In this document: piece after piece, positions 47,293 to 62,344 of the stretch
Numbering within the stretch: position 1 is the first letter of the stretch
Layout: each line of letters opens with the position of its first letter
DNA from: Octopus vulgaris
Taxonomy: Eukaryota
Assembly (NCBI GenBank): GCA_951406725.2
Contig: OX597823.1
Span: 116,064,001-116,128,000 of the forward strand
Reading direction: 5' to 3'
Length of the DNA stretch: 64,000 nucleotides
Notes under the pieces: model-generated
What the model was told of the DNA's origin: nothing
Seen by the model: only the letters and a program-made list of their open reading frames with translations
Database searches by the model: none
Position numbers and translations under genes: made by a program

Positions 47293-48565
47293 TAAGGAGA
47301 AAATATTCAGGAGTGAATATTTATATAGATATTATTATTGTTATTATTATCCATGGTAATATAAATAGTTGATAACAACAACAATAATATAAGTGATTGC
47401 AGGCCTAAAATAGCATTAGATAGCTATAGAATTAAAATTTATATCAGTCATAAGGACACACAAAGGCGCCTACCTTCTACAAAGAGGAATTAAACCCTCA
47501 TATAAATCACCAATAATAACACTGAAAAATATGAGAGAAAAACAACAGTATTTGGGCAAACAAGCTCCCCCACCCCCAATCTTTCACATACTTATATAGC
47601 CCAATGCTTTATGTTTCTTGGTATTTGGATATATGTGGACCATAGTTTCTGGTCTGGCAAACGGCCTCACCCTCCTCAGCCATATTACCAGTTGAAAAAC
47701 CTTTTCAGCGTGTCATGTTGAAGTCTGCCAGCATTCTGAATTGTTTTGTGCCAAAATCAGAACTGACTCAGTGTAAATATACCAATAAGGAGCAAATATT
47801 TAGGAGTGAATATTCATATAGATATCATTATTGTTATTATTATCCATGGTAATATAAATAGTTGATAACAACAACAACAATAATGTAAGTGGTTGCAGGC
47901 CTAAAATAGCATTAGATAGCTATAGAATCAAAATTTATATCAGTCATAAGGGCAGAGTTGTCCCAGGCCATGACTAACTTCACAGAACCACCTAGAAAAG
48001 AAATTTACTGATGATTCATATTACAATCATTATTAAAACACCATCCCATTTGAGTAAAGTTATTGGTTACTAAAATATACCTGGATGTAGATTGTTTGTC
48101 TAGAATTTGTTGGAGATATTCATCCCAGAACCATTTGAGTGTTATGAGATCTTTTTCTTCCCTTATGTGTCCTGGCATAATACTAAAGAGAGCAGGGTTA
48201 ATTGAGGTGAAATAGTTCTGTTTTAGTCTTTGTGATGTGATGCAAGCATGATTTTGATAGACAACTGGTGACATGGAACCTAAGCCTTGAGTGAATTTTC
48301 AAGCTGATGCCAAAATCATTTGAACAATGCTGTTGCAATATTTTCTACATCATACAAATGTTAAAGTGCTCTCAGCAGAGTTGAGGATATCTGAGCTTCT
48401 CAATCTGATCCCAATAGTCAAGACTTGTCATGTCATCAATGTTTTGTGATTGATCTATGATTGATCTTTGGGGTGTTTCAATTTTTATATGATTGGTATT
48501 TGGATATATGTGGACCATAGTTTCTGGTCTGGCAAACGGCCTCACCTTCCCCAGCCATATTACCA
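47293..48565. repeat. Interleaved local duplications A(47293-47455) B(47618-47690) A'(47786-47951) B'(48493-48565)
   Basis: Near-identical direct repeats, visible by eye. Confidence 0.85.
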
Positions 48566-48596
48566 TCCTGCTACTGACATACCACACCTGCTGCTG

Positions 48597-48762
48597 CTTC
48601 TTCTTCTTCTTCTTCTTCTTCTTCTTCTTCTTCTTCTTCTTCTTCTTCTTCTTCTTCTTCTTCTTCTTCTTCTTCTTCTTCTTCTTCTTCTTCTTCTTCT
48701 TCTTCTTCTTCTTCTTCTTCTTCTTCTTCTTCTTCTTCTTCTTCTTCTTCTTCTTCTTCTTC
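48597..48762. repeat. Pure (CTT)n tract, ~55 units
   Basis: Directly visible. Confidence 0.97.
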
Positions 48763-49195
48763 ACCACCTCCTCCTTTCTCTACTACTACCCCTGCTTAAA
48801 CAATCAAAGACAAGAATTCATATCAAACTCGCTGCTGCTAACTACTAGAATCCACAAGAGTAAAAAATGGAGACAGAGACAGACAGAAAAAAGGAAAATG
48901 TCCCTTACATTTGAAAACCATGGAAATATTTTTAAAAACATTTCATTTAATTTTCCCACAATCTAATTGATTTTCATTCTTTACTCTAAGTTGAAAAAGT
49001 CGCAAAGACTGAAACCAGTGCTAAAAGGTTCTTCATGCTAAAACTATTTTAGCATTTTCTACCTTGTCTTATTTTCCTTATACATATGAACTTGTGTGCT
49101 CCTTTTCAACCTTCTCCATACATCTGTTTGTTGTCTACACCACCTGTCTTCATTTTTTGTTTTTTTCTGACTGATTTCATATATATATATATATA

Positions 49196-49945
<750 letters not shown>

Positions 49946-50365
49946 GAAATAATCATCATCATTATTTTAAGTTTAGTTTTCCATGCGTTCATGTATCAGA
50001 TTAGACTTTATTGAGGCAGAATTTTCTATGGTTTGATGCATTTCCTGTCTCCAGCCATCCTCTGTTTCTATGCTAGCCAATACTTCCTCCTAGTCTGTAG
50101 AACAACAAATAGCCTAGACATGCTTTAGGGAGAATTGCATGCAAACAGCACTGTTTGTATGTACAGGGATGGTTTGTTTACAATTAGGGAGCACATGTGA
50201 AAAATGTGAGGAATAAGAAATACACATTCAAACATACACACGTAAACAAATACATACACACTGTGGGTAACTTATTGTTTACACCCAAATTTCACACACA
50301 AGTCATTAGTCAGCCTGTGTATATGTATGTGTATATATATATATATATATGCATGCGTGTGTGTG

Positions 50366-50397
<32 letters not shown>

Positions 50398-51929
50398 CAT
50401 ATGTACATGCATACATATATATATATACACACATACATATATGTACATACGTATATATATATATATATATATAATTCAGCTAACTGATAGAAGAAAGGAG
50501 GATGATACAGAGAGGATGGTGTAGTGCTAGATCAGCAAAGTTCCGGTAGAGATAGAGACAAAGGAAAGAGTAAGGCAGAGGCTTGGGAGATATTCAGAAA
50601 GAAATAAGGCTTTATTGGCTCTGCTGACATCATCCACAATAATTTCCTGTTATAAAATATTTGTAGCCAAATTGATAGACTTCTTGGTTGATTGACTCCC
50701 TTTGTTCATTGGCCACGACAGATGTACTTTCTGATGGATAACCTAATATTCTCTGTTTAGCTGTGAGCTCAAACACAAAGTTATTCTGCAAGTAACCAAG
50801 CTCAATTTTGGACACACATTTAGCATTTCTAATTAATAACCAGCGAGCACCACTAGAGAATTGAATTGGTTCATACCCACTGAAGCAATGTGTATGCCAA
50901 AGGTAATTTATTAGAGGAAAACTTCTCTTTATAAAATTTCCATCAAAGAAAGCTAGCCATTAATTGAATAAGTATGGGAAAGGATTTGCATTTATTCATT
51001 GGCTGATATCTATTTATCTCTGAACTGACATATATTTTGTTAACTACTTAGAAACAGCCATTGACTGGCACTGAAAGTGGTTTTCTCACATTAATCACTG
51101 TCATCCGCCACACAAAAACTGCTCTCAACAATGGCATAAAATAGTAGCAGATCTTCAAAAGAACCAGATTTTGGTATAAATTAGATATAAATTCCAGAAA
51201 CTTCTACAGCATGTATTTTAGTAGAACATCTCTTTAATTATCAATTGTTGCTAATGAAGCTACCAAAGAGAAGTGAACTTCTTAAAGAAAAAAAAAAAGG
51301 CATTAACAACTATATAAATCCTGGTAATTCTTTGGTTACATGAAGAAGTATTACAACTGATTCTTAAGCAGTAGGTTCCTGTATAATATAAGAGAAGCTT
51401 TCACATCCATTTATCTATCTCTCTCCATTCTTTATCTCATTAAGCATTATCTCTTCTCTTTAATAAGAATTAATTTCCAAGAACTTATACCTTGTCTTTA
51501 ATTCTAAAACCATTTAAGACCACCTAGTATTTGTTCTGGCTAACTTGATGCCTAGTTGGAATATGATTTTGCTGCCATTTTGTCTAATTTACATTAGCAT
51601 TTCTCATTATTTCATTACTTTTCCAAATCAAAGCTTCCATGCTGAAAACTAATTTCTATGAAATGGCAATATTACTGAATAATTTTGAATTAATATCTTT
51701 ATCTTTGAAGTGCCAGCTTTTATCACTGCAATCCTTTTGGATTTAACAAAGAAATGGAATAACTGATGTCGTTATTAATGAATAGAGTTAGTTTTGATAA
51801 TTACAAATTGCCAGATTTTATTGGCCAAAATCTATCAGAATATAGTTTAATTTCTCGTAAGAAGATTTTATTTTATTTAAATATCCTATTTTGAAGTTGG
51901 CCAGTCATCATCAACACCATCACCATCAT

Positions 51930-51961
<32 letters not shown>

Positions 51962-52579
51962 TCATCACTACCACCACCATTATCATCATCATCATCATCA
52001 TCATTAGTACTGTTATTATTTTTATTATAAATTACTTAAATATCAACGTAGAACCACACATAAAGAGACTCAGATAAAGAATTGTAAATTACTTGTAGAA
52101 GTTTGCAATTGTCTTCGTCAAACTGTTGTAATTTCTAATGGGGGCCATGGAGTGAAATTAAATATGATATTTGAATAGTTATTTTATTTTCTATTATCTC
52201 TACATGTCTTCCAAGGAGGGGGGGAAGAGAGGAGGAAATTTATCTGCAGTCATTGCAGTTGAAAATTGGCCACAGGCAACTTAACAAAAACACATCTAAG
52301 CTTTGATACATGAGATAATTGAAACACAACAAAGTAATCTATTTATGTATTATTTTATAATGTTATAACGTAAAATCAATAATGATTTTTACATGTGTAC
52401 GATGCCTCCAATTTTTAGAAAAGAAGAAACGAGAAGGCAAAATGTAGATCTTATTCAAAGACTGGGACAAAGAAACTGCAACCAGGAATCAATGAGACTT
52501 GCAGAGAAGTGGCTGCAATGGTCCCCAGTTTTGCCATAATCCATGCTTCATGAAGTTAGATATCTAAAACAGCAGCCAT

Positions 52580-52790
52580 TGCATCATCATTATCATCATC
52601 ATCATCATTTGATGTCCTTTTTCCATAGTGGCATGGATGGGTTTAATGGTTTGACTGGAACTGGTAAACTGGAGAACTGAACTGAGCTCCAGTCTGTTTT
52701 GGCATGGTTTCTATGGCTGGATGCCTTTCCTAATGTCAGCCACTCCACAAAGTGCATTGGGTGCCTTTTACATGTCACCAGCACTTAAAT
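52580..52790 (-). mobile_element. RTE-tail repeat, degenerate
   Basis: (CAT)n followed by ...ggctggatgcctttcctaatgtcagccactcc. Confidence 0.65.
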
Positions 52791-54837
52791 TTCTTCTTTT
52801 GCACTATGACCATCAATAGGGTTTCTAAGGGTTGCTCAACCTACTAGAAATAGCAACTAAATCTCCACCAAATTGCACCCTACTATTTTAAATAAGAAAG
52901 GATACATTAGATAATGTAATTCTATGCATGTTGACATGGAAAAAGTGCTGTTGTCCCTGATAGACGGTCTTTAGTCATTGTCATTTAGTCTTTAGTCATT
53001 ACAGGTTTGACCTGATTCTAACCAATGACACTGTATTAACAAAGACCAAGACTAACCATCTATTTCTGCTCAACATCCTCACAATCATTGATAGCAGCAG
53101 CAGCAGCAACACTTATGTCAGCTTTCCATGCTGGCATGAGTCGGATATATTGTTATGGTTTGGGTCAATTCTTGCTCAGAATTATTGCCCTCCTTGGTGT
53201 GACCCAGAAACCATGCTTTGCTTGACCTTTTCATTTTCACATGTTTTTTTTTTTTTACAGCTGGATGTCCTTCCTAACATTAACAACCTCACAGAGTGTA
53301 CTGGGTGCATATTCTCACACCTTAGCATTAGTGAGATTAACATGTACCTAGCAAGGCAAAAACCAAGGGATCTGCTCAACCTCACAATGTCGGTGCTTAT
53401 TCATCAGCCACTTTACAAAGTGTTGTATTGTAATACCAGTGCTTGTAGTGTTGCTTTGTATAACAAAACAGAGGCGGATTCTCACTGCTCTACGTTGTCT
53501 CTTGTCATTCAACATAATTAATGTATTTGAGTTTGAGACCAAACTGAAGTGAATATAAATATATCTGAACAACTAAAGTCAAATTGCTCTTTGCTCTAAT
53601 TCCATGGCACAGTGTTGGCTGCCTGGCTGCCTGGCTACTTATTAATTCAAACAAAACTAATAAAGACGAAGATTCTCAATCTAGATAATGGAGTTCTACT
53701 CCAAGATATATTAGAATCTAGATAAGATGAATTTGAGATGTTAAAAGTTTAGGGTTACAACTGATATGGAGATTGTGATATCTAAATTACCAAATATTTC
53801 TTCTGCATTGAACAAAATATTTGTAAATTTGAATAATTTAGGTTATCAGCCGCTATCTGTATCTACTGTCCAAACGATAGTAGATTTCTTTCTTTGTTGG
53901 CAAGAGGACTTAATGATTTTCATTGAGAAGATATACATTACATAGGAGGAATCGATGCAAATGAAGAATACATGCAAAAGTAATTCCAAATGTCATGCAG
54001 GTCAGATATTTGGTGAAACAGGGCAGGAGCACCTTCTTTTTCTTTTTGCTTGAAATGCAACACGGCTTTTCAATCAAAACTACATTACATGGCCTTCATC
54101 CAATAACACTGCGGCAACTGATCTTCACCAAAATCTGGCATCCATCTATATTTAGTTATTGTCATTGAATGGAATATTTATTACTCAAATCTTCCCCACC
54201 TATTCGTAGAATACTTATTCTTATTTCTTCTGCAAATGGATTTATTTGTTTGTTTGTTTGTTTATTTGTTATATCAAAAAGAAAGAATACAAACATAGCT
54301 TAAAAGATGCAGCGAAATGACTGATGAATTGCTGAATCAGTGGATTCCGTTCCATTCTAGAAATCTCATGTTGTAGATATTAATACATTTTCTATGTGTG
54401 GGCAGATAGAAGCTGAACTATTATTGGAATCCTCTTGGACTTGTGCTCAAGAATTTGATACCAGGATATTCTACGTTTTCAAAGCTACTGGAATCATCCG
54501 AAACAGACAAGCTAAATTCGATATTACAGTTGATGTTAACCAGAACCACTTGCTATTTTGTGTTTTGTTTCTTTGAACTAATATTTCTTTAACTCTTTTG
54601 AGACATTATTTACCATCATGCTACTTTCAGGAATACTAGACCTATCAAACAGCCTTAGAAAGTGAATAATCATAGAAAATCAAAGTCTTATGCAGTCAGT
54701 TTATCTTAGATAATATATGGAGTTTTAAGACAGCCATTATAAAAGCTTCCAGTTCCAGGAATTCAATCAAAGATAACATATCCTTTAAATATCCAGTGAT
54801 AGAAATGAATGTGGTGGTGGTGGTGGTGGTGTTGATG

Positions 54838-55246
54838 AGGCGGCAAACTGGCAGAATCATTAGCACACCAGACGAAATGCTTAGCAGTATTTCGTCTGCC
54901 GCTATGTTCTGAGTTCAAATTCCGCCGAGGTCGATTTTGCCTTTCATCCTTTCGGGGTTGATTAAATAAGTACCAGTTATGCACTGGGGTTTATATAATC
55001 GACTTAATCTGTTTGTTTGTCCTCTCTGTGTTTAGCCCCTTGTGGGTAGTAAAGAAATAGCTATTTCGTCTACCACTACGTTCTGAGTTCAAATTTCACC
55101 GAGGTCGACTTTGCCTTTCATCCTTTCGGGGTCAATTAAATAAGTACCAGTTATGCACTGGGGTCAATATAATCGACTTAATCCGTTTGTCTGTCCTTGT
55201 TTGTCCTCTCTGTGTTTAGCCCCTTGTGGATAGTAAAGAAATAGGT
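54838..55246 (+). mobile_element. SINE family B, head-to-tail dimer
   Basis: Two units; junction gtagtaaagaaatag|ctatttcgtc at 55060/55061. Confidence 0.88.
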
Positions 55247-56473
55247 GTTGTTGATGATGATGATGATGATTTAACTATGGTTACCATTTTATTGCTACAA
55301 CAACGGTTAAAAGTCCTCAGATTTTTCAGACATGTAGTCTTAAAATAGAGAGGATGCTAGTTATCAGTGAATGTAGTGTGAGGGGATATAGTTTATTTGG
55401 AAAGGGTTGACATTTTATCACCAGCGTTTTTGTTTTTTTTTAATCAGTTGCTGCAATGAAAAACCAAAAACTGCATTTTTCTTGTATATCATATGACTCT
55501 GAGAGTCTGAAAGGTTCATTGACTGTCACACTATATCTGATGTGATGTCAATACTTTCTGTAACATTAAGTTAATACTGTGAAAATGTAACACAGTTCAT
55601 ACAGGTTGCAACTGGTAACTAAAAACGGATGAGTTTATTGTTGTTGTGAAGAAATGTTCTCTGCTTTGTAATTAGATATATTATATAAGCACTCTGTCGT
55701 TGTTCCCACAATCATCTACATCATCTGTTTATTTCGCTATATTCCATAAATTTATAGATAAAACAGTGCTGCTTGATCACACTTGCTAACATGTAAAATG
55801 CCCTGGCATAAAATGTGTAAGACTTGATTATGTAATTACATTACCGAAGACTGAAAGTAATGGTTCTCTTGGGAATTCTGCGAAAGAAAATCGTTGTGAA
55901 AGCAAATCCACATAAAACTGAACATCATTATGACTGGTTAGATAAGGTCTTCATAATTCCACTGAGTAATGACCAAAACCATACTAATATGAAAAATTGG
56001 TGTAGAACAAACATACCATAAAAAAAAAATAGACATCAACTCAAATGAGGCAGATAACAGGAATGTTGATGATGTTACTAATCTTGTTTTATTACTTTCC
56101 AAAACATAGTGAAGCATACAGGATATCGCAGCTGATATCACTCATCGTAATTAGGAAGTTAATATTTATTTTTATTCTGAAGCTCAAATATATTGTAAAA
56201 TTCATAAAATGATGTAATCATTCCTTTGTTATTTCATTCTGCATTATGATTATTATTGTTATTAAAAAAATGTTACTTGATGCCTATCTTAACGGTCTGT
56301 TGCAATTCCTTTTCATTGTTGCATTGCTGCAATAAAGCTGTTTTCAGCAGATGAAGCGGCAAACTTGTTGAGTGGCAATGCAGTGTGCACTTTACCAAGA
56401 CATGTAATTCTTCATAGAACTAATTGGCTTTAGATCTGGCTTCAGTGAGACTCTGAAGGATTTACATTGTCAA

Positions 56474-57022
56474 GAAGGCATTTGGCTCAGAGGTTAGGGT
56501 ATTCAGATCATGATTGTATGGTCATGGGTTCAATTCCTGGTGACATGCTGTGCCCTTGAGGAAGACACTTTATTTCATGTTGCTCCAGTCCACTCAGCTG
56601 GCAAGAATGAGTAGCACCTGTATCTCAAAGGTCCAGCCTTGTCACATTCTGTGTCACATTGAATCTCCCCCATAAAATCTTCATTAACTCTTTCGTTACT
56701 GTATTTCAGTTGAGATGTTCTGTGTTTCTTTCAATTACTTTAAATATTACAAAGAATTTAGTAAAATAACTTGGTTATCATTAAGCTAGTGTTAGGAACA
56801 TTAATTGTGACAAAGGCTTGGTGGGAGATTTTAATTCAAAACTTATGAAGACAAGACATTTGTACTCAGAGCCAGAGCCGGTTTCAGCTGGGTGGGTAAC
56901 GGAAGGGTTAAGAGTACACGTGTTTGTGGAGTGCTCAGCCACTTGCATATTAATTTCATGAGCAGGCTGTTCCATTGATCAGATCAATTGGGACCCTCAT
57001 CATCATAACTGATGGAATGCCA
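56474..57022 (+). mobile_element. tRNA/CORE-like SINE interrupted by a TTAA MITE
   Basis: tggctcagaggttaggg..ggttcaattcc..gtgcccttgaggaagacactt; the body resumes after 56911. Confidence 0.65.
56688..56907. mobile_element. piggyBac-type MITE
   Basis: TTAA at 56684-56687 and 56908-56911; TIRs ctctttcgttac / gtaacggaaggg. Confidence 0.8.
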
Positions 57023-57421
57023 GTTTTTAACTCTAGGGTCACTCATCCCTGATTGGCAATTGGTCTTAGCATAGTTGGTTTGGTCCCATCTTCAGAGGCC
57101 AAGTAAATTCCCAAATATTTGCAGATAGGTTTGTTATTACTCCTAAGTAAACTTGAATATGGAGATAGTTTCCAGGCTCTATTCCACCATTTTACAACTG
57201 TTTCTTTCTTCACAACTGTCATAGACTCATCATCTCAACTGGTTTTTTTTTATAGACTTTCAGATTTTGAAATTGTCAAGCGTATCTCTTTCACATTTGG
57301 CACCGTTTCTCATCCTCTACTGTTCTTTGTTATGTTCCTTTTCCTCATTTCCACAACAATCAGTCCAGGAATTTCTTTATTCTGAAAGAAGAATTCACTG
57401 GCGTTTCTTCCATTTGAAACT

Positions 57422-57829
57422 TCTTTTTCTTCTTAATCGTTTTTGCCCATTTGTGGAGCATAGGGCCTCAACAGTTGTTTTCCACTTTTTGCAGTCATTG
57501 GCATGTTTCTTGGCTGCTTCCCATGTCAAGCGGGTGGTCCTGAGCTTGTCCAAAATGCTCCGCTTCCATATCTACTTCGGGCGTCCTCGCTTCCTTTCCC
57601 CCCTGCGGGTTCCAGTCAAGTGCTTGTCATGTCACATTTGAGGATTCTTTCCGCAGTGTGTGTCCAATCCATCTCCATTTCCTTCGTCTAATCTGAACAT
57701 GTATGGGCTCCTGGTTGGCCCCTTCCCACAGGTCTGTGTTTGACACTCTGTCAAACCACTTCAGATGGTGATCCACCTGCAGCAACTACAAGAAGATCCA
57801 GACCTTCATCAACAAATGTCTCCGGCAGA
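57422..57829 (-). mobile_element. 5'-truncated and 5'-inverted RTE-clade LINE with 13-bp TSD
   Basis: Minus strand: HLKWFDRVSNTDLWEGANQEPIHVQIRRRKWRWIGHTLRK..QALDWNPQG..RGRPK..EALC. Plus strand 57766-57832: W*STCSNYKKIQTFINKCLRQI. TSD tccatttgaaact at 57409-57421 and 57830-57842. Confidence 0.88.
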
Positions 57830-58630
57830 TCCATTTGAAACTATTTCCCATCAAATGCAGATTTTCTAAATTCCATAAAATCCACACCCTTTACACTACC
57901 AAAATCCATTATCTAATCTACAGTAAGCTGCCAGTACAGATTATCAATAATAATCTTCAGTTATAATTATCACAAGGGCTTTGTTACTTCCGAGAATTTA
58001 TAGTGAAAAGAGTAACAGGTTTGTATGGTGTCAAGAAACTTATCTTTACAGCATTAACTAATGTGTTTAGAAAATGATGAAATTCCTTCACTGAGTGTAA
58101 CCAACTGATTGTCTTTAAATCAGATACTTTTGCATTAATTTAATTATCAAACAAAGATATAATTGCAATGATAATTATTGTTTAATATTAAATTATGACC
58201 AATACTTTCCTCTTAAGCTCATGTCTGAATACCACTTTTGAATTTGATATGCTCTATGCATAACGAGCATATCGAGCTGAATTCCTCCGAGAGGGGAAAG
58301 GTGACTTTTCTAATGTTAAGAAGTAGACACAACTAAGAACAATCTCTGGATGAAGAATTATATTTAATGTCAGAAAGCAACGACAGAGATTTCGTCACAC
58401 CTTGGCCTTTTTTGTTTACATTTGTTTATCTTCTTTCACTTTCTCTTTCACTCCCTCTCTCTCTCCCTCTCACTTCTTTCCTCTCTCCTCTCTCCCTCGC
58501 TCTCACTCTCTTTTTCTATCTATCTCTCTGTCTCCGTCTCTCAAGGTGCAGTTATGGCCATGTAGTTAAGAAGTTTCCTCCAAGCTGTGTGGTTTCATGT
58601 GAATAGATTTGACGAATGGAAACTGATAAT

Positions 58631-58691
<61 letters not shown>

Positions 58692-58694
58692 TAG

Positions 58695-59078
58695 ATGCAG
58701 GAGTGGCTGTGTGGTAAGTAACTTGTTTACCAACCACATGGTTCTGGGTTCAGTCTCACTGCATGGCATCTTGGGCAAGTGTCTTCTACTATAGCCTCAG
58801 GCCAACCAAAGCCTTGCGAGTCGATTTGGTAGACGGAAACTGAAAGAAGCCCGTCGTATGTATATATATATGTGTGTGTGTGTGTCTGTATTTGTCACCC
58901 CACCATCGCTTGACAACCGATGTTGTTGTGTTCACATCCCCATAACTTAGCAGTTCGGCAAAAGAGGCCGATAGAATAAGTACTAGGCTTACAAAGAATA
59001 AGTCCTGGAGGTAATTTATTCGACTAAGGTGGTGCTCCAACATGGCCACAGTCAAATGACTGAAACAAATAAATAAAG
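58695..59078 (+). mobile_element. SINE family A (an inverted partial copy lies at ~58545-58630)
   Basis: Colinear with 28316-28696. Confidence 0.85.
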
Positions 59079-59085
59079 ACATTCA

Positions 59086-59319
59086 CTACTTCTCAACATG
59101 CCTGATTTGATTCAAAATGTGACCGTGTGTGTACCGTTGGCAATTTTTTTCCCTCTGTCTTCCCTTCTCTGGATCTTTCTTTCTCCTATGTTTCCAACGA
59201 AGAGCTCCGCTTGAAACGTTAAACCCTCCTTCTTTCCTTCTTTCCTGAGCGTCCAATAATACTATATTTGTTCCACGTCCTCGCATTGTTGTGTTTTTTT
59301 TGTGCTTTCTTGTTTGGAT

Positions 59320-59322
<3 letters not shown>
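59086..59322 (+). mobile_element. PLE-type terminal family 2 with hammerhead motif, 3' end abutting (TA)n
   Basis: Homolog of 38722-38884. Confidence 0.65.
59190..59224 (+). ncRNA. Minimal type-I hammerhead-like motif
   Basis: gttt-CCAACGA-a-gagc(tcc)gctt-GAAA-cg-TT-aaac. Confidence 0.6.
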
Positions 59323-59367
<45 letters not shown>

Positions 59368-61698
59368 CATATATATATACGTATGTATGTGCATAAGTTT
59401 ATGTCTCCGTGTTTTTACATGCTATAGTTGTAAGATGAACTTCATTATCCCACAATTGCTGTTCTTCATTTCTAGTCTTCTGTGAAAAAACATCCTGCCA
59501 AGAGGAAGTATTACCTTCCTTGGAAACAAGTGAGTTTGGTGACAGGAGGGACGTCTGGCTGTAGAAAATCTGCCTCACTGAATTCCATCCGATTCACGCA
59601 AGCATGTAAAAATGAACACTAAAACGGTGATGAGGATGATAGCCAATGATAGTGAAGGGGTGTTTTTATTATTTGTCACAAAATGTGCTGTGACCATTGG
59701 TCAAAATACACACCATCTGACATATAATAACTCTCTTTTCATAGAAATAAAAGAAGATTCAAATAAATGCCAGATATTTTACTTTGAATAAATATATCTT
59801 TGCCTTGAATGTACCAATTTTTTCAAACAGCAGATATTCATCTCAAGCACAACAAAAAGTCAAGCAAATGCAACCTTTGACACAAAATATAAAAGATTTA
59901 TATCTTCGTCTCTTTGCCATCTTTTCGCTAGTTTCTTCTCAATACTTTTGCTGCTGCCAAGAAATATTTTCCATAATTGTTGCCCTCTAACCAGGTGGTC
60001 TGCTGTTGGTTGTTTGTGACTAATGGCAGTAGTTAACAGGTAGCAAGCTACACTAAATGCTTTTCAGTAATTAGTTTTGTCATCTCTCTTTTGAAGTTCA
60101 ACTCTTGCTTGAGGCATCTTTGCCTTTCATCAATCCAAGGTCAATAAACTAACTCCCAATAGATATCACGAAGGATAGACCCAGTCACCTACACTGCTTC
60201 TGGAAGCATATGTTGACTTCATGTTAGGGGAAACAAAGAAATATTTAGTGATGCTGTTAACTTGAGCTGAATCAATCTCTTTGTAGTAAAAAAACATATA
60301 GGGATCTATGAAATATTTTAAGTCAATCTGTGTCTCTGTATAGTTTGTAGGTTTTCATTTCCTTCTATCTATGAAGTTCATACATCTAAGATTAAACCAA
60401 ACCAATATTTTGTCAATTATACTGTTACAATTAATTCTCTAACACTGAACATGCTTGGTTTTGCTTGGCTTGGTTTGGTAAAAAAAAAATAAAATCTATT
60501 GTTTGATTGGCTTTGTATCCAAGCCCAAAAGAGCATGGTGCAACTGTTTTCAAAGCAATCACGTGATAATGATTCTAAAACTTTGATTATATGACCTCTT
60601 CAATATTTACTGACCTGACCTACAGAAGAAAGAAACTTTGAACATTAATAAAAAAAAAAAATCATTATCTAACTGTTTATTATGGTATCTAATTAGACCT
60701 TCTGGGGGTAATTTTAAGATTGAGAACAAGGATATTGAATAATTCTGATATATTTCAAGACATAGAAAATACATAAAAGAAAAACATAAGAGAAAATTTC
60801 TTGAACAAAACATCTTTTGAAGATTTTTATGTGTTTGATATTCTGGGGAAAATAATAATAAAGCAATGGTTGGTGCTGTTTCTTGGTCATATTTTATATC
60901 CTTTTTTGCGAAGATACCTCTTTGGTGTTATTTTATAGCTGTGCTTTGTGACTGAATAAGAGCTCTGTTAGAATTATGTTGCTACTGAAAGACTCGGTCT
61001 CTTTAACTATGAAATGTTCTCTGGCTTACATTTAAAATTCTCATATGAATATATGCCACACATTAATATGAATGAAGGTTTTCAACTGTTGTGTTTTTGG
61101 AATATAGTTGTTCAAATTTCTATGGGAACCATTTCCTTTATTTTAGTTCAGCAACTGAAAAACATTGATTTTTAGAATTAATTACAATGAAAACTGCCTG
61201 AGAAGGTTAAATTTGTTAAAGCAGCAACAAGAAATATTCTGAAGTTCTCTCATTAATCATTCCTTTTATTTCTTTGAAGTTCATTTCTTTGTTGGATGTA
61301 TTTTTGTTTTGTTTCTTTAATTTCGATTTGATTAAATTTTATGTTACAATGCTGCAAGTGTTCTGTACTTTCTGGTGATGTTATCAAATTAAATCCAAGA
61401 AATTGCACAAATCCTCTAGCTCAGCCTGCTGCTGACATGTAGAGCTATCATGCCACTCTTTTATGTTTGGAAATACAATTCTGACAATGAATTTTAATGT
61501 TATCAACCATTAAAGTATGGAATTCAATTGTTGTGCAAAAAAAAACAAAAAAAATATCAAATACAACCTCCAACTTTACCTCATTCATTACTTTACACTT
61601 TTATTTGGTTGATGTGAAGTTCTGATGCACATTTACCTCCTTCCCTTGATATCCATCCCTACCTGTCAAACCTGCAGTTATTACTGGTTATTACATAC

Positions 61699-61932
61699 TT
61701 ATTTCTTTACTCCCCACAAGAGGCTAAACACAGAGGGGACAAACAAGGACAGACAAACGGATTAAGTCGATTATATCGACCCCAGTGCGTAACTGGTACT
61801 TATTTAATTGACCCTGAAATGATGAAAGGCAAAGTCGACCTCGGCGGAATTTGAACTCAGAACATAGCGGCAGACAAAATACCCGCTAAGTATTTCACCC
61901 GGTGTGCTAACGTTTCTGCCAGCTCGCCGCTT
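61699..61932 (-). mobile_element. SINE family B
   Basis: Full-length reverse-complement unit; flanked by the direct repeat ttattacatac. Confidence 0.88.
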
Positions 61933-62344
61933 ATTACATACCATTTAAGGAACATCTACATGTTGTTAATCCTGTCTTACATTTCATTGAACTGGAAGTA
62001 GGTTTTTTTTCTTTTACTTATGCCTTTCATACATGGGATTTAGAGGCTTCACAAGACTGGTGCGATTGATATGATTAATGTTTCTCTTAAGCTGTGGCAA
62101 GTGAATAGCTACAGGAAAACATGAAAGTCGAGAATTCTGGAGAGAGGATTTCCTGTGGAAGACAACCTGGGATAGTAATTTGAGTGGTGGGAGGACTCTT
62201 ATAGGTTGATGAGAAAGAAGAGAAATGTATGAGTGTGCAGTTGCCGTGTGTTGTGGCATAAAAACCAACCAGCTCTGAGGAGTATAAGTAAAAAATAGAC
62301 TAAGAGTACACCTTATGCACAAGATACTGACATGTGTTTTCACA

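Noticed and set aside
48372-48966. Poly-K, poly-L and poly-F ORFs
   Set aside because: Artefacts of the (CTT)n tract.
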